The notes below the pieces were generated by a model. It worked only from the letters and a program-made list of their open reading frames with translations. It ran no database searches and was not told where the DNA came from. DNA of 52,729 bases from an uncultured archaeon (GTDB taxonomy: Archaea; Iainarchaeota; Iainarchaeia; Iainarchaeales; VGJJ01), in assembly GCA_964358055.1 (NCBI GenBank), contig CAYHNT010000003.1, positions 1 through 52,729 on the forward strand, in the 5' to 3' direction. Both the position numbers and the translations under genes were made by a program. Below, piece by piece: positions 17,107-26,075 of this stretch (position 1 is its first letter; the number at the start of each line of letters is the position of its first letter).

Positions 17107-18126
17107 ATGCGTAAAATGATCCACCCTTCCCATACTTCGTTTTCCTATTCTAAATTGTTTGGTAAATCTATTTCTTCCGCCCTGAATGTGGAGTTGCTTT
17201 TGTTGCAGGGAATGACATTGGTTCTTTCAGTATTGGCGTTCCTCGTGTTCACTGGGTTCATGGGACTCATTGTGTACTTGGCTATTCTTCCCTCCCTTGC
17301 GAGTGGCTTTCTTCCTGTATCCGTGTTTGTGGTGTTGTTTGGTTTTGCCGTGTGGGTGTTAGGGATGCTGGCCATCAATGCATTCGTTAATGGAGTGCAG
17401 TTTCATTTGGCCATGCAGGCCGTAACCAAAAAACCATTTGATTTGAATTTGGCATGGAAACTTTCCTCAGCACGATGGCGCGATGCGTTTGTTGTTCAAG
17501 GGAGTTTGTTGGGTTTCATTGTGGGGTTGTTTGTTCTTTCATTGATTGTAAGTCTGTTAGTATCGGGAAACATCAACGTGCTGAGCGTACTTTTCCAACC
17601 TGCGAATTGGACGGGCTCCGCGTTGGCCACCATTTTGGTGATGGGCCTCTTGATTCTGATGTTGCAGCCCTTCCTCATGATGATGCTTCCAATTGTGTAT
17701 TTTGAAAATACGAAGCCCTTGCAGATTACCCAAAAGTTACACGAATACGTGAAGCCGCATTATTGGGCGCTGTTTGGTACGCTCATTTTGTTGATCATAT
17801 TGAATGTCTTCCTCACTTCCATTGCGGATTTCGCCACGCAACTTCCTGCGACGCAGAGTCCTGTACGAGAAACGGCCGTAACGTTTGTTATTTTCACCGG
17901 GTTCGCATTCTTGGTGCAAATACTCGCCATTCTCTTAACATTCACCATTAATTTGAACACGCAAACACTATTGTATTTGCACGTGGGAAAACCCGAGGCG
18001 AATACGCAGTTTGTTACGCAGGGTCCGCTTTCCACGGCCCTTTCACAAATGGCCCGTTCTCATCCTTCTCATTCGGGAATGTTACCCGTGAAATGGAAAA
18101 CTCCGGGTTCGCGCAAAGGGCGCTAA
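17107..18126 (+). CDS. Polytopic membrane protein of unknown function, first gene of the plus-strand pilus arm
   Basis: About 7-8 hydrophobic segments by eye and a basic C-terminal tail (KWKTPGSRKGR). I placed the start at ATG 17107; the track start is GTG 17086. I recognise no family motif and saw no aspartyl prepilin-peptidase motif. Confidence 0.6.
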   Translation: MRKMIHPSHTSFSYSKLFGKSISSALNVELLLLQGMTLVLSVLAFLVFTGFMGLIVYLAILPSLASGFLPVSVFVVLFGFAVWVLGMLAINAFVNGVQFHLAMQAVTKKPFDLNLAWKLSSARWRDAFVVQGSLLGFIVGLFVLSLIVSLLVSGNINVLSVLFQPANWTGSALATILVMGLLILMLQPFLMMMLPIVYFENTKPLQITQKLHEYVKPHYWALFGTLILLIILNVFLTSIADFATQLPATQSPVRETAVTFVIFTGFAFLVQILAILLTFTINLNTQTLLYLHVGKPEANTQFVTQGPLSTALSQMARSHPSHSGMLPVKWKTPGSRKGR

Positions 18127-18176
18127 TCGTAGTGCGCTAACACAACCTATTTTAACGCACATTCAATGATAATGGC

Positions 18177-20483
18177 ATGAAAATTGGCGGATTTGAGGTT
18201 GGACCCTATGCGTTGCGCGAAGAGGGCGGAAAGAAGCACCTCATTTATGCGTGTAAAGATTGTGTGTACGGCGCGAGCCTAGCAGATGATCCGCATTGTC
18301 GTTTCCACATTGTGAGTGTGTTGCAGAAATCCGATGCCGACTTGATCGTACTTGCGGACGTGTATGAGCGCGTGTACAATGAAGAGCAAACGAAGCAATG
18401 GAAGGAAATTGCGGATTTGGTCAATGAACTCAAGGGAAGAGAACTCTGGAGCTACTCTCATTTGGGCGATCCCGAAACGGAAAGCGAAAGTGAATTTGGT
18501 GCGCGCCACGATGAAGTGATGCAAATCACGTTCGAATTATTATCGTATGATCCCATCAAAGCATACTTACGCTGCTTGTCTGCATTGAAACGTGAAGCGG
18601 GTAAAGTAAAAACCGGTGGAAAACCCTCCAAGGTGTACGTTCAAACACTCCAAGAGATTCGTGAGGCGTTTGAGAAAACAAAGTTTATTCAAAAAACAAA
18701 AGAATATTTGTTGCGCTTAGATGAGTTGCCTGAAACCCAGGATTTGTATCGTCATTTCTTTGAGGCGGAAGTCAAACCGAGTTTCATTGGCTCGCGATTG
18801 ATGTTTGGAAATGAAATTGAGAATTTTGAACTCGTGGATGAATACACGGTTGGCAAATCCAACGTGCAAATATTTAATCATCCCAACAAAGTGGCCAAAT
18901 TATATTTCGTAAATCCACCCGAATATTCACTTTCTCCTGAAAAATACTTTTTGCTTTCGAAAACAAAAGAAGTGGTATCAGGATACAACCCTGGAAGAAG
19001 TGGATTGTCCGACATTGCGGCGTCGCGCAACTACTTTACTCGCGTCTACCAAGCGACTATTCGTGACTTGGCGCACCGTAACAATATTGCAATTGAGAAT
19101 GAGGAAATTGAGGAACTTGCAGAGGTTGTTTCACGCTACACGGTAGGATATGGAGTGCTTGAATTACTTCTCTCCGATAGAAAAATCACCGATGTATTTT
19201 TGGACTCTCCTATTGGAGGAAAGCCCGTGTATTTGACGCACTCGGATTATGGACAGTGTATGACGAACATTTTGTACACGGAGAATGAGGCCGAGGCGTT
19301 TGTTTCCAAGCTCCGCGCCATGAGTGGACGCCCCTTTGATGAGGCCCATCCTGTGTTGGATTTTGATTTGCCTGGACAAGAAACCCGTGTGGCGAGCATT
19401 GGAAAGCCCCTTTCTCCCGATGGATTAGCTTTTGCTTTTCGTTTACACAAAACAACGCCTTGGACATTGGAGCAATACATTGACAACAAATTCCTCACGC
19501 CTCTTTCTGCAGGAATGCTTTCTTTTTTCATCGACAATAAAGTCACCATGTTGGTTACGGGTTCGCGTGGAAGTGGAAAAACATCCTTGTTGAGTGCATT
19601 GATGTTAGAGATTTTACAAAACTCTAGAATGATTGTTCTTGAGGACACGCTTGAATTGCCTGTTCCGTACATGAAGGAAGTCGGATTTAATGTTCAGCGA
19701 TTGAAAACGCGCTCTCCCATCGGAGTAAGTAAGAGTGATACGGAAGTTTCTCCCGAGGAAGCGTTGCGTACGGCATTACGTTTAGGTGATTCTGCACTGG
19801 TGTTAGGTGAAGTCCGTTCGGAGGAAGCCCGCGTGCTTTACGAGGCCATGCGTGTGGGTGCGGCAGGAAACACGGTGTTAGGAACCATCCACGCTGACTC
19901 TGCGTACAGTGTGTGGGATCGTGTCGTGAATGATTTGAAAGTTCCTACGACGAGTTTCAAAGCCACTGATTTGGTCGTCGTTGCGCGTCCTATTCGGTTC
20001 TCTGGTTCGTTAAAGTCGCATCGCCGCATGACGCAGATGACAGAGATCAAAAAGCACTGGAACAAGGACCCTGAGCGTGAAGGGGGATTGTTGGATTTGA
20101 TGCTCTATGATGCGCGCACGGACGCATTAGAATTGTTAGAGGATCACTTGAAAGAAAGTGAGTTGTTCGAACGTATCCGCAGACTTTCCGGCCTAACACT
20201 TAACCAAATTTGGGACGACATCCGCACGCTTTCAAATGCGAAATTATTTTTAGTGGAGATGAAAAACCAATACAAGGTTCCCGAATTATTGGAGGCCGAG
20301 TATACCACGCAGGCAAGGGCCAAGCTTGCATTGATGAAAGACATTCAAATTCAGGAACATGGGAGTCCCGATTATCCCGTGTTATTAGATGAGTGGAAAG
20401 CGTGGGTGAAGAAGAATACGTTGCAGGGAATTTTGAACAAAAAGAAACAGCGCGGAAATGAGCCCGATCAGGAAGAGAACTAG
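18177..20483 (+). CDS. Type II/IV secretion-family ATPase (archaeal FlaI/PilB-like) with a ~330-aa N-terminal extension
   Basis: Walker A is LVTGSRGSGKTSLLSAL, Walker B-like is MIVLEDTLEL, and a His-box-like motif is NTVLGTIHADSAYSVWDRV. The N-terminal extension contains CKDC-x12-HCRFH, a possible zinc-binding knuckle. At 768 aa it is longer than typical FlaI (~540 aa, from memory). Confidence 0.85.
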   Translation: MKIGGFEVGPYALREEGGKKHLIYACKDCVYGASLADDPHCRFHIVSVLQKSDADLIVLADVYERVYNEEQTKQWKEIADLVNELKGRELWSYSHLGDPETESESEFGARHDEVMQITFELLSYDPIKAYLRCLSALKREAGKVKTGGKPSKVYVQTLQEIREAFEKTKFIQKTKEYLLRLDELPETQDLYRHFFEAEVKPSFIGSRLMFGNEIENFELVDEYTVGKSNVQIFNHPNKVAKLYFVNPPEYSLSPEKYFLLSKTKEVVSGYNPGRSGLSDIAASRNYFTRVYQATIRDLAHRNNIAIENEEIEELAEVVSRYTVGYGVLELLLSDRKITDVFLDSPIGGKPVYLTHSDYGQCMTNILYTENEAEAFVSKLRAMSGRPFDEAHPVLDFDLPGQETRVASIGKPLSPDGLAFAFRLHKTTPWTLEQYIDNKFLTPLSAGMLSFFIDNKVTMLVTGSRGSGKTSLLSALMLEILQNSRMIVLEDTLELPVPYMKEVGFNVQRLKTRSPIGVSKSDTEVSPEEALRTALRLGDSALVLGEVRSEEARVLYEAMRVGAAGNTVLGTIHADSAYSVWDRVVNDLKVPTTSFKATDLVVVARPIRFSGSLKSHRRMTQMTEIKKHWNKDPEREGGLLDLMLYDARTDALELLEDHLKESELFERIRRLSGLTLNQIWDDIRTLSNAKLFLVEMKNQYKVPELLEAEYTTQARAKLALMKDIQIQEHGSPDYPVLLDEWKAWVKKNTLQGILNKKKQRGNEPDQEEN

Positions 20484-20494
20484 GAGTAGAAAAA

Positions 20495-20812
20495 ATGGCA
20501 AACGCTGGCAGAGGAAGGAGAGTTGGTCGCGGGAAATACAAGAGTACACATAAAGAGGTCCGACGATTGAGGGCAGAGAGTGAAGAAAAGGCTGATAATT
20601 CAACTGCCCAAAAAGCGCTCTTGCAACATTGGAGAAATAGATTCAAAAAAGCACAGGGAATGACAACCGAACATCTGCTACGCCATCAAAGGGCAACAGT
20701 GAAAAAAGCCCCTATTCCCGTTGCTGAACTTGAGCGGATTGCAAAAATGAATATCGAAGAATATAGGGGATACTTGCTAAAGTACATTCTCTCGCAAATC
20801 AAGCAGTTTTAA
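20495..20812 (+). CDS. Small basic protein of unknown function between the ATPase and platform genes
   Basis: AGGAG lies 8 nt upstream of the ATG. The N-terminus is Arg/Lys-rich (MANAGRGRRVGRGKYKSTHKEVRRLRAESEEK) and the remainder looks helical. I recognise no family. Confidence 0.5.
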   Translation: MANAGRGRRVGRGKYKSTHKEVRRLRAESEEKADNSTAQKALLQHWRNRFKKAQGMTTEHLLRHQRATVKKAPIPVAELERIAKMNIEEYRGYLLKYILSQIKQF

Positions 20813-20861
20813 TGAGTGGAAAATAGGGGGCTATAAAAACAATAAGCCCTTTTTTCGGAAC

Positions 20862-23201
20862 ATGCCCACTGGCCGTTTTTCTTCCGATTCGAAAGTAAAG
20901 GCTCCTTCGCGAAACTCGCCTTCTATGGCCAGTCCGTCCATTGGAAAATTATACCGGGATATTCCCGTTGAAAGCGATGCGTTGTTTGTCAAAGAAGATT
21001 TTGCCGTACCCAAGGAACACTGGTATGTTCGTTTTTGTAAAAATATGTACAAGCGCTTTCCCTCCATGGGAAAGGGTGCCTTTTTTGCTCCTAAATATAA
21101 AGAGGCCGTTGCGTTCCTTGGATGGAACCTCAAGCCCGAGGAGTTCTCTTCCGCAGTAAAAGGAAGCATGATTATTGCATTGGTTGCGGGTGCCATTCTT
21201 TCCATTGTGTTGGGAATTCTTTTGTCTGGACCCATTGCTTCCATGTTTGGAATTGACGAAGGAATCGGTCCCATTCTCTATTTGTTTTTTCCCACCATCA
21301 TTGTGGGTGTAGTCATTGCCAATTACATTCAAAGTTTTCCCCTCGCGGAGGCGAAGCGTGAACAGATTCGTGCGCTTACCTACGTGCCTGAAATGATGGG
21401 CTACATGATCATGAGTATGAAACTGGTTCCTAACTTGGAAAAAGCCGTTGAGTTTGCCGCAGACCATGGGAAAGGAAGGATTGCGCAGGAGTTTAGGCGG
21501 ATCATTTGGAATACAAATCTTGGAATATACAACACCCTCGCGGAGGGATTAGATGAGCTTGCGTATTCGTGGGGAAACTTTTCATCGGAGTTCAAACAGG
21601 CGTTGATGAATGTTCGCGCATCGGTATTAGAGAATACGGAAGCGAAGCGTTATCAGTTGCTCGAAAAAACAATGGATGAAATTCTCGAGAGTGTCCAAAA
21701 CAAAATGGAACAATATGCCCGCGATCTTTCGGGGCCTAGCACCACATTGTTTTACGTGGGTGTTTTGCTTCCGCTTATTTTGATTATCATTCTTCCCGTG
21801 GGAAGTGCATTCTCAGGGAGTCCGCTTGCACAGACGGGAATATTGTTTTTTATCTATGATATTTTCCTTCCCATTTTGGTTATTTGGTTCGCGCGCAATC
21901 TGTTGTCTTCGCGTCCCCCCACTTACACGCCTCCCGAGATCTCCGATGCGCAACCCGGGTTGCCTCCTAAGAATACATTCAAGGTGGGAAAAAATGCCAT
22001 GAGCATTTGGGTCCCTGTCGTGGGAATCATTGTGCTGGGTCTTTTGATTTCAGGATATTTGCACCTTTTCGGGTTGGGAATAGGCGATCCGGAGGGGGCG
22101 AATTCATTGTATTTATTGCAGCCCGATAAGACGCTTGAAAACGTACTTTCAATTGACAACAAGCCCGTGGATTATTTTGAGCCGGGCGGGGCGCGTGAGC
22201 AGCAATTGACGGCATTAGGTTATACGGGCGATACCGTTCAAACCACCATTAATACGGAGAGAGCTCGTTTCTTTGCACAAGCAGAGAATGACATTACGCC
22301 TTATAATTTTATTTTTGGCGTCCTCATCGCATTTTCAATTGCCGGCGCCACATTCGTCGAGCTTTCGTTGCGCGAAAAAAGAAAAATTCAGCAGCGCTAC
22401 ATGCAGATGGAGTCCGAGTTCAAGGATTCATTATACGTTCTCGCCTCACGCTTAGGAGAAAATAAACCCATTGAGGATGCGCTGCGCCACACGCAGACTT
22501 TTTTGCCCAACAATATTGTTTCGCAGGAAGTGTTTGGGAAGACCGTGGATAACATCCACATGCTGGGGATGCCATTGGAAAGCGCCGTGTTCGACCCTGC
22601 GTATGGGAGCCTGAAAAATAATCCCTCTCAAATGATTGTAGGTTCCATGAAGATTGCAGTGGATTCCGTGCGCTTAGGTGTGCAGGTGGCCGCGCGGACG
22701 CTCATTTCTCTTTCGCGACAATTAGGAAACTCCGAGCGCGTGAGTAAAATGCTCACCATCCTCATCAAGGACATTACAGGGACCATGAAAACAGTGTCGG
22801 TGTACATTGCACCCGTCGTATTAGGAATTACGACGAGTCTTCAGCGTGTGGTGATCGTCACATTAGTCAGCATTAACGCCACAGGCTCTACTCAGCCTGC
22901 CGTCGATTTATCCTCGACGGGAATTCCGGGTGCCGATTCGTTTGCTAACTCGGATATTAGTTCGTTCATCAAACCGGATGTTATTGCAACGCTGGCAACT
23001 CCTGGGGAATTTTTGGTGATTGTGGCCATCTATGTGATTGAGTTAGTGTTAATCATGAATTATTTCGTTACATTAATTGAGGAAAATAATCCCCTCACGG
23101 CCAAATTGAATGCGGCGAAGAATCTTCCCGTGGCCATTATCATTTTCGTTGTCACCGTCATTATTTCCAACACCATGGTGGCGGGAAGCTTTGGGGGATA
23201 G
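20862..23201 (+). CDS. FlaJ/TadC-type pilus platform membrane protein (two T2SSF-like halves)
   Basis: 779-aa polytopic protein. It has two soluble helical segments of the T2SSF pattern, each followed by TM clusters. The first is REQIRALTYVPEMMGYMIMSMKLVPNLEKAVEFAADHGKGRIAQEFRRIIWN...LAEGLDEL. The second is MESEFKDSLYVLASRLGENKPIEDALRH.... It lies directly downstream of the ATPase. An alternative start is Met22 (20925). Confidence 0.7.
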   Translation: MPTGRFSSDSKVKAPSRNSPSMASPSIGKLYRDIPVESDALFVKEDFAVPKEHWYVRFCKNMYKRFPSMGKGAFFAPKYKEAVAFLGWNLKPEEFSSAVKGSMIIALVAGAILSIVLGILLSGPIASMFGIDEGIGPILYLFFPTIIVGVVIANYIQSFPLAEAKREQIRALTYVPEMMGYMIMSMKLVPNLEKAVEFAADHGKGRIAQEFRRIIWNTNLGIYNTLAEGLDELAYSWGNFSSEFKQALMNVRASVLENTEAKRYQLLEKTMDEILESVQNKMEQYARDLSGPSTTLFYVGVLLPLILIIILPVGSAFSGSPLAQTGILFFIYDIFLPILVIWFARNLLSSRPPTYTPPEISDAQPGLPPKNTFKVGKNAMSIWVPVVGIIVLGLLISGYLHLFGLGIGDPEGANSLYLLQPDKTLENVLSIDNKPVDYFEPGGAREQQLTALGYTGDTVQTTINTERARFFAQAENDITPYNFIFGVLIAFSIAGATFVELSLREKRKIQQRYMQMESEFKDSLYVLASRLGENKPIEDALRHTQTFLPNNIVSQEVFGKTVDNIHMLGMPLESAVFDPAYGSLKNNPSQMIVGSMKIAVDSVRLGVQVAARTLISLSRQLGNSERVSKMLTILIKDITGTMKTVSVYIAPVVLGITTSLQRVVIVTLVSINATGSTQPAVDLSSTGIPGADSFANSDISSFIKPDVIATLATPGEFLVIVAIYVIELVLIMNYFVTLIEENNPLTAKLNAAKNLPVAIIIFVVTVIISNTMVAGSFGG

Positions 23202-23207
23202 GGGGGA

Positions 23208-23693
23208 ATGATTCCAACTAAATTGAATCAAAAGGGACAGGCATTCGAAGCCTATCGTTTGCTCATCGCCATGGTGATTGCGCTTGCGGTGTTAGTGATT
23301 ATTCTTTCGGCCGTGGCGTACTTTGATGATTTGAGAAGGAAGGTGAGTCAGGACACGCTTTATTCTTCGTTCAAGAGTGCAGTGGATTCCCCTAATTCCA
23401 AAGTGGTGAAGGCCACGAGTTTAGCATTTGTTTCCGGATCAACGTATTCCCGTACGCAGTTTGCCCGGCAGACCAGCCTTGAGGATGAGTGTATTCAATT
23501 AGATGGGGATAAGAGCTCGGGCTTTGACCTGGACGACAGTGATCCCTTGCACCCTTTCATACGTGTGGCGAGTTCCATCCAGGGAAGCGTGTATTTCCAG
23601 TGCGACACCTCTAATTTCATTATTCCCCCGGGCCCCGATTCCTGCTTCGTATATTGTATCATCTCATTTGGCAAGGCCCTTACCAGCCCGTAG
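23208..23693 (+). CDS. Pilin-like protein with class III signal peptide (161 aa)
   Basis: MIPTKLNQKG|QAFEAYRLLIAMVIALAVLVIILSAVAYF has a basic residue, then Gly, then a Gln-led hydrophobic helix. The start is 6 nt after the platform gene stop and is preceded by GGGGGGA. Confidence 0.75.
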   Translation: MIPTKLNQKGQAFEAYRLLIAMVIALAVLVIILSAVAYFDDLRRKVSQDTLYSSFKSAVDSPNSKVVKATSLAFVSGSTYSRTQFARQTSLEDECIQLDGDKSSGFDLDDSDPLHPFIRVASSIQGSVYFQCDTSNFIIPPGPDSCFVYCIISFGKALTSP

Positions 23694-23758
23694 GGGCGCA
23701 CCCTCGAAAGCAACCTTTTTATAGGGCGCTGGGATTGTGTGGAGTGGTGATAACCGGT

Positions 23759-24298
23759 ATGAATTCTAGGGGACAAGCGTTTTCGACGTTTCAATTATTG
23801 ATTGCGGCCGTAGTGGCTTTGGCTATTTTGGTTTTACTATTAAACATTATTGGGAGCCTCCCCACGCCCGGAACGACCAAGCCTCAATCGGAGGCCGTGA
23901 ACTTGATCAAGAGTCAAATTAATTCACCCTCTGAATTACGTACAAGCTCGAATGCGGTTATTTTTACTCGCGAAGATTCATTGAACTCCAAGGCCGTCGC
24001 TACAGCCTCGGGCGTGTTAACCTCCAGTCAATTGTGTATTTCCATGGGTGACTTTTTCGATGAAGCAGGAAGCGATTTTGTGGACACGAATCCTTCTGTC
24101 TCCGGAGACATTATTCAATATAGTGGTTCTGGTCAGTTGCGCGTAAAGATGAGCGTCATCTGCGACACGGGAACAGAATTGTCTACTGACTTGCAGAACA
24201 ATGGAATTGATGACTCCACATGGATGCAGTCCGATAAGTGCCAGCAATTATTGGGTCTTTCCCAAACCGCCTGTGTGGTTGCCTTACGCTTTGTATAG
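23759..24298 (+). CDS. Pilin-like protein with class III signal peptide (179 aa)
   Basis: I trimmed the start to ATG 23759 (GGAGTGGTGA upstream), giving MNSRG|QAFSTFQLLIAAVVALAILVLLLNIIG. The track's upstream extension (23654) overlaps the previous gene and lacks pilin character. Confidence 0.75.
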   Translation: MNSRGQAFSTFQLLIAAVVALAILVLLLNIIGSLPTPGTTKPQSEAVNLIKSQINSPSELRTSSNAVIFTREDSLNSKAVATASGVLTSSQLCISMGDFFDEAGSDFVDTNPSVSGDIIQYSGSGQLRVKMSVICDTGTELSTDLQNNGIDDSTWMQSDKCQQLLGLSQTACVVALRFV

Positions 24299-24319
24299 CA
24301 TCCACTGGTTTTTACTTTT

Positions 24320-24484
24320 ATGAGACGTTCAATTTGGTCCGAGACCCGTGCGCAGGGGGAATTCAATTCACTCTACACCATTCTCGTGCTCATCATTGCG
24401 GCGCTATTACTCATTACGGTTATCAAGCCGTTATTTAGGGAATCCCAGAGCCTTGGAAATAAGGTCCCGATTATTGGAAAATAA
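24320..24484 (+). CDS. Untracked 54-aa mini-ORF with a class III signal-peptide-like N-terminus (possible minor pilin)
   Basis: It falls below the 60-aa cut-off of the ORF track. My translation is MRRSIWSETRAQGEFNSLYTILVLIIAALLLITVIKPLFRESQSLGNKVPIIGK, with stop TAA at 24482-24484. The AQG|EF... plus hydrophobic helix resembles the short class III signal-peptide proteins. Position -2 is Gln rather than Lys/Arg, so this is less certain. Confidence 0.45.
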   Translation: MRRSIWSETRAQGEFNSLYTILVLIIAALLLITVIKPLFRESQSLGNKVPIIGK

Positions 24485-24700
24485 CTAATTTGAGTCTGCC
24501 GCAAGCGCGTGTTTCGATTTCATGATGGACAAAATCATATGGGCGGTTTCTTTGCTTGCGTCCAATATTTCGAGCTGGACGATTTTCCCTTCTTTTGTGT
24601 AGTGCGTGATGACGTTATCTTTCTGCTCTCCGTAGTCGGGCTTTCCATTTCCTAATCGGATGAGTAGAATATCGGCTTCCGGGTCGTATTCATATTCCAT
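24485..24700 (-). CDS. DUF2283-family protein (putative antitoxin-like partner)
   Basis: MEYEYDPEADILLIRLGNGKPDYGEQKDNVITHYTKEGKIVQLEILDASK matches the remembered DUF2283 pattern (YD.e.D.l.i.l ... G.iv.iEil.as). It overlaps the upstream DUF4258-like gene by 11 nt. Confidence 0.6.
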   Translation of the reverse strand: MEYEYDPEADILLIRLGNGKPDYGEQKDNVITHYTKEGKIVQLEILDASKETAHMILSIMKSKHALAADSN

Positions 24701-24926
24701 AACGCATGCTCCTTGCTTTATACACGGTTATTACTCTTTTTATGTCTGCCTCGATTTCCACAATCACACGTAGAACGTGACCATTCAGTTTTCGCTGGTA
24801 AATTTTTCTATCAAACCGGCCCTCTGCAATTGAATCGGGGTGTAGTAGAGTTAACTCAACTGCCTCATCCGAAATGCCCAGTTCATCCATACGATGACGT
24901 GCATGAAGAATGTAAGAAATGACCAT
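24690..24926 (-). CDS. DUF4258-family protein (putative toxin-like partner)
   Basis: I trimmed the start to ATG 24926: MVISYILHARHRMDELGISDEAVELTLLHPDSI...VLRVIVEIEADIKRVITVYKA. The HA..Rm.eRgIs opening is typical of DUF4258 as I remember it. Confidence 0.55.
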   Translation of the reverse strand: MVISYILHARHRMDELGISDEAVELTLLHPDSIAEGRFDRKIYQRKLNGHVLRVIVEIEADIKRVITVYKARSMRYGI

Positions 24927-25023
24927 GAGTTGCGAGTCAGCCGAAAATGAGTTAAAACTAGGGAAAATTTTGAAAATAGCCAATCTCCGCTCCACTCTTT
25001 TTGAACATTTCCCACGCTTTTCA

Positions 25024-26058
25024 ATGATGGATGCCCATTTGCACGCTCAGCTTGTTCAAAACGTCTCGGACATTGTGTTCAAGCATATGCACGTGTTGAG
25101 CGGACAAAAAGTGATGGTGATTTTTGACGAGGAGTGTGAACTGTCCAAGATTGTGCTCAAAGCGTATCGCGAGGCACTCGCAACGCATCCCCTCACGCAG
25201 TTTGTGGATTTCAATGCGCATAAGATGGAAGAAGTAGAAGCGTTAGCCAAGACGCTTTCCAAGGATGATTTAGTGGTGATGATTCAATCCATGAGCTTTC
25301 GTGTCTCCGTATATCGCTGGCGCTTGGAATTATTCGATCATGGATTGAAAGTAGTTGAGCATGTGCGTTTGTCTCACAACCTAGAGAGCGAAATACCCGC
25401 TTACATTCATTCGTTGAAATATGATTTTCCTTTTACCAGCACCACTTCTCAAAAGCTTAATGAGCTATTGAAGACGAGCGTGCACATCAAAATCGAATGT
25501 AAAGGAGGGAGCATCCTTACGCTGGATTCGCGCATGGAGAAACCCGTGATTAACACGGGGAATATTGAAACGGAACAGCGCGGGGGCTATTTTCCAATTG
25601 GAGAAATATTCTCTGAACCCATTGAGTTGGATAAAATGAATGGTACAGTAGAAGTGTACGCCTACCCGGGAGAGGACCACCGCATGGTATTCGTGGAGCA
25701 CCCGTTCAAGATTGCAATAGAAAATGGAAACGTCGTGGGTGGAGATTTTCCTGAGAATTTCCAGCCCTTAATTGACATGCTCAAAATGGAAAACGCGGAT
25801 GGAAAGATTCCCGTGAGAGAATTTGGATTGGGATTAAACCGCGGCATTTCTCCCACTCATACGTTGACGGAGGCCACGGCATTTGAGCGTGTGGCGGGTC
25901 TTCATTTGTCCATGGGAATGAAGCACGGGGCGTACCAGAAAAAGTTCAAGAAAAACAAGGAGCTCCAGCAGCGATACCATGTGGACATTTATCCATTAGT
26001 TAAACGTATTTGGATTCAAGACACGCTGGTGTTTGATAGTGGCGCGTTTGTCGTGTGA
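25024..26058 (+). CDS. Aminopeptidase-like protein (possibly peptidase M29 / aminopeptidase T family)
   Basis: I trimmed the start to MMDAHL (25024) to avoid a divergent overlap with the DUF4258 gene. The segments FPIGEIFSEP, NGTVEVYAYPGED...FKIAIENGNVVG, GLHLSMGMKHG and RYHVDIY recall M29 aminopeptidases. This is a weak, memory-based call. Confidence 0.4.
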   Translation: MMDAHLHAQLVQNVSDIVFKHMHVLSGQKVMVIFDEECELSKIVLKAYREALATHPLTQFVDFNAHKMEEVEALAKTLSKDDLVVMIQSMSFRVSVYRWRLELFDHGLKVVEHVRLSHNLESEIPAYIHSLKYDFPFTSTTSQKLNELLKTSVHIKIECKGGSILTLDSRMEKPVINTGNIETEQRGGYFPIGEIFSEPIELDKMNGTVEVYAYPGEDHRMVFVEHPFKIAIENGNVVGGDFPENFQPLIDMLKMENADGKIPVREFGLGLNRGISPTHTLTEATAFERVAGLHLSMGMKHGAYQKKFKKNKELQQRYHVDIYPLVKRIWIQDTLVFDSGAFVV

Positions 26059-26075
26059 GAAAAGAAAAATAATTT

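Noticed and set aside
17107-18126. The polytopic membrane protein as the missing prepilin peptidase
   Set aside because: I found no pair of conserved Asp motifs (the GxGD-type of PibD/FlaK peptidases) in the translation.
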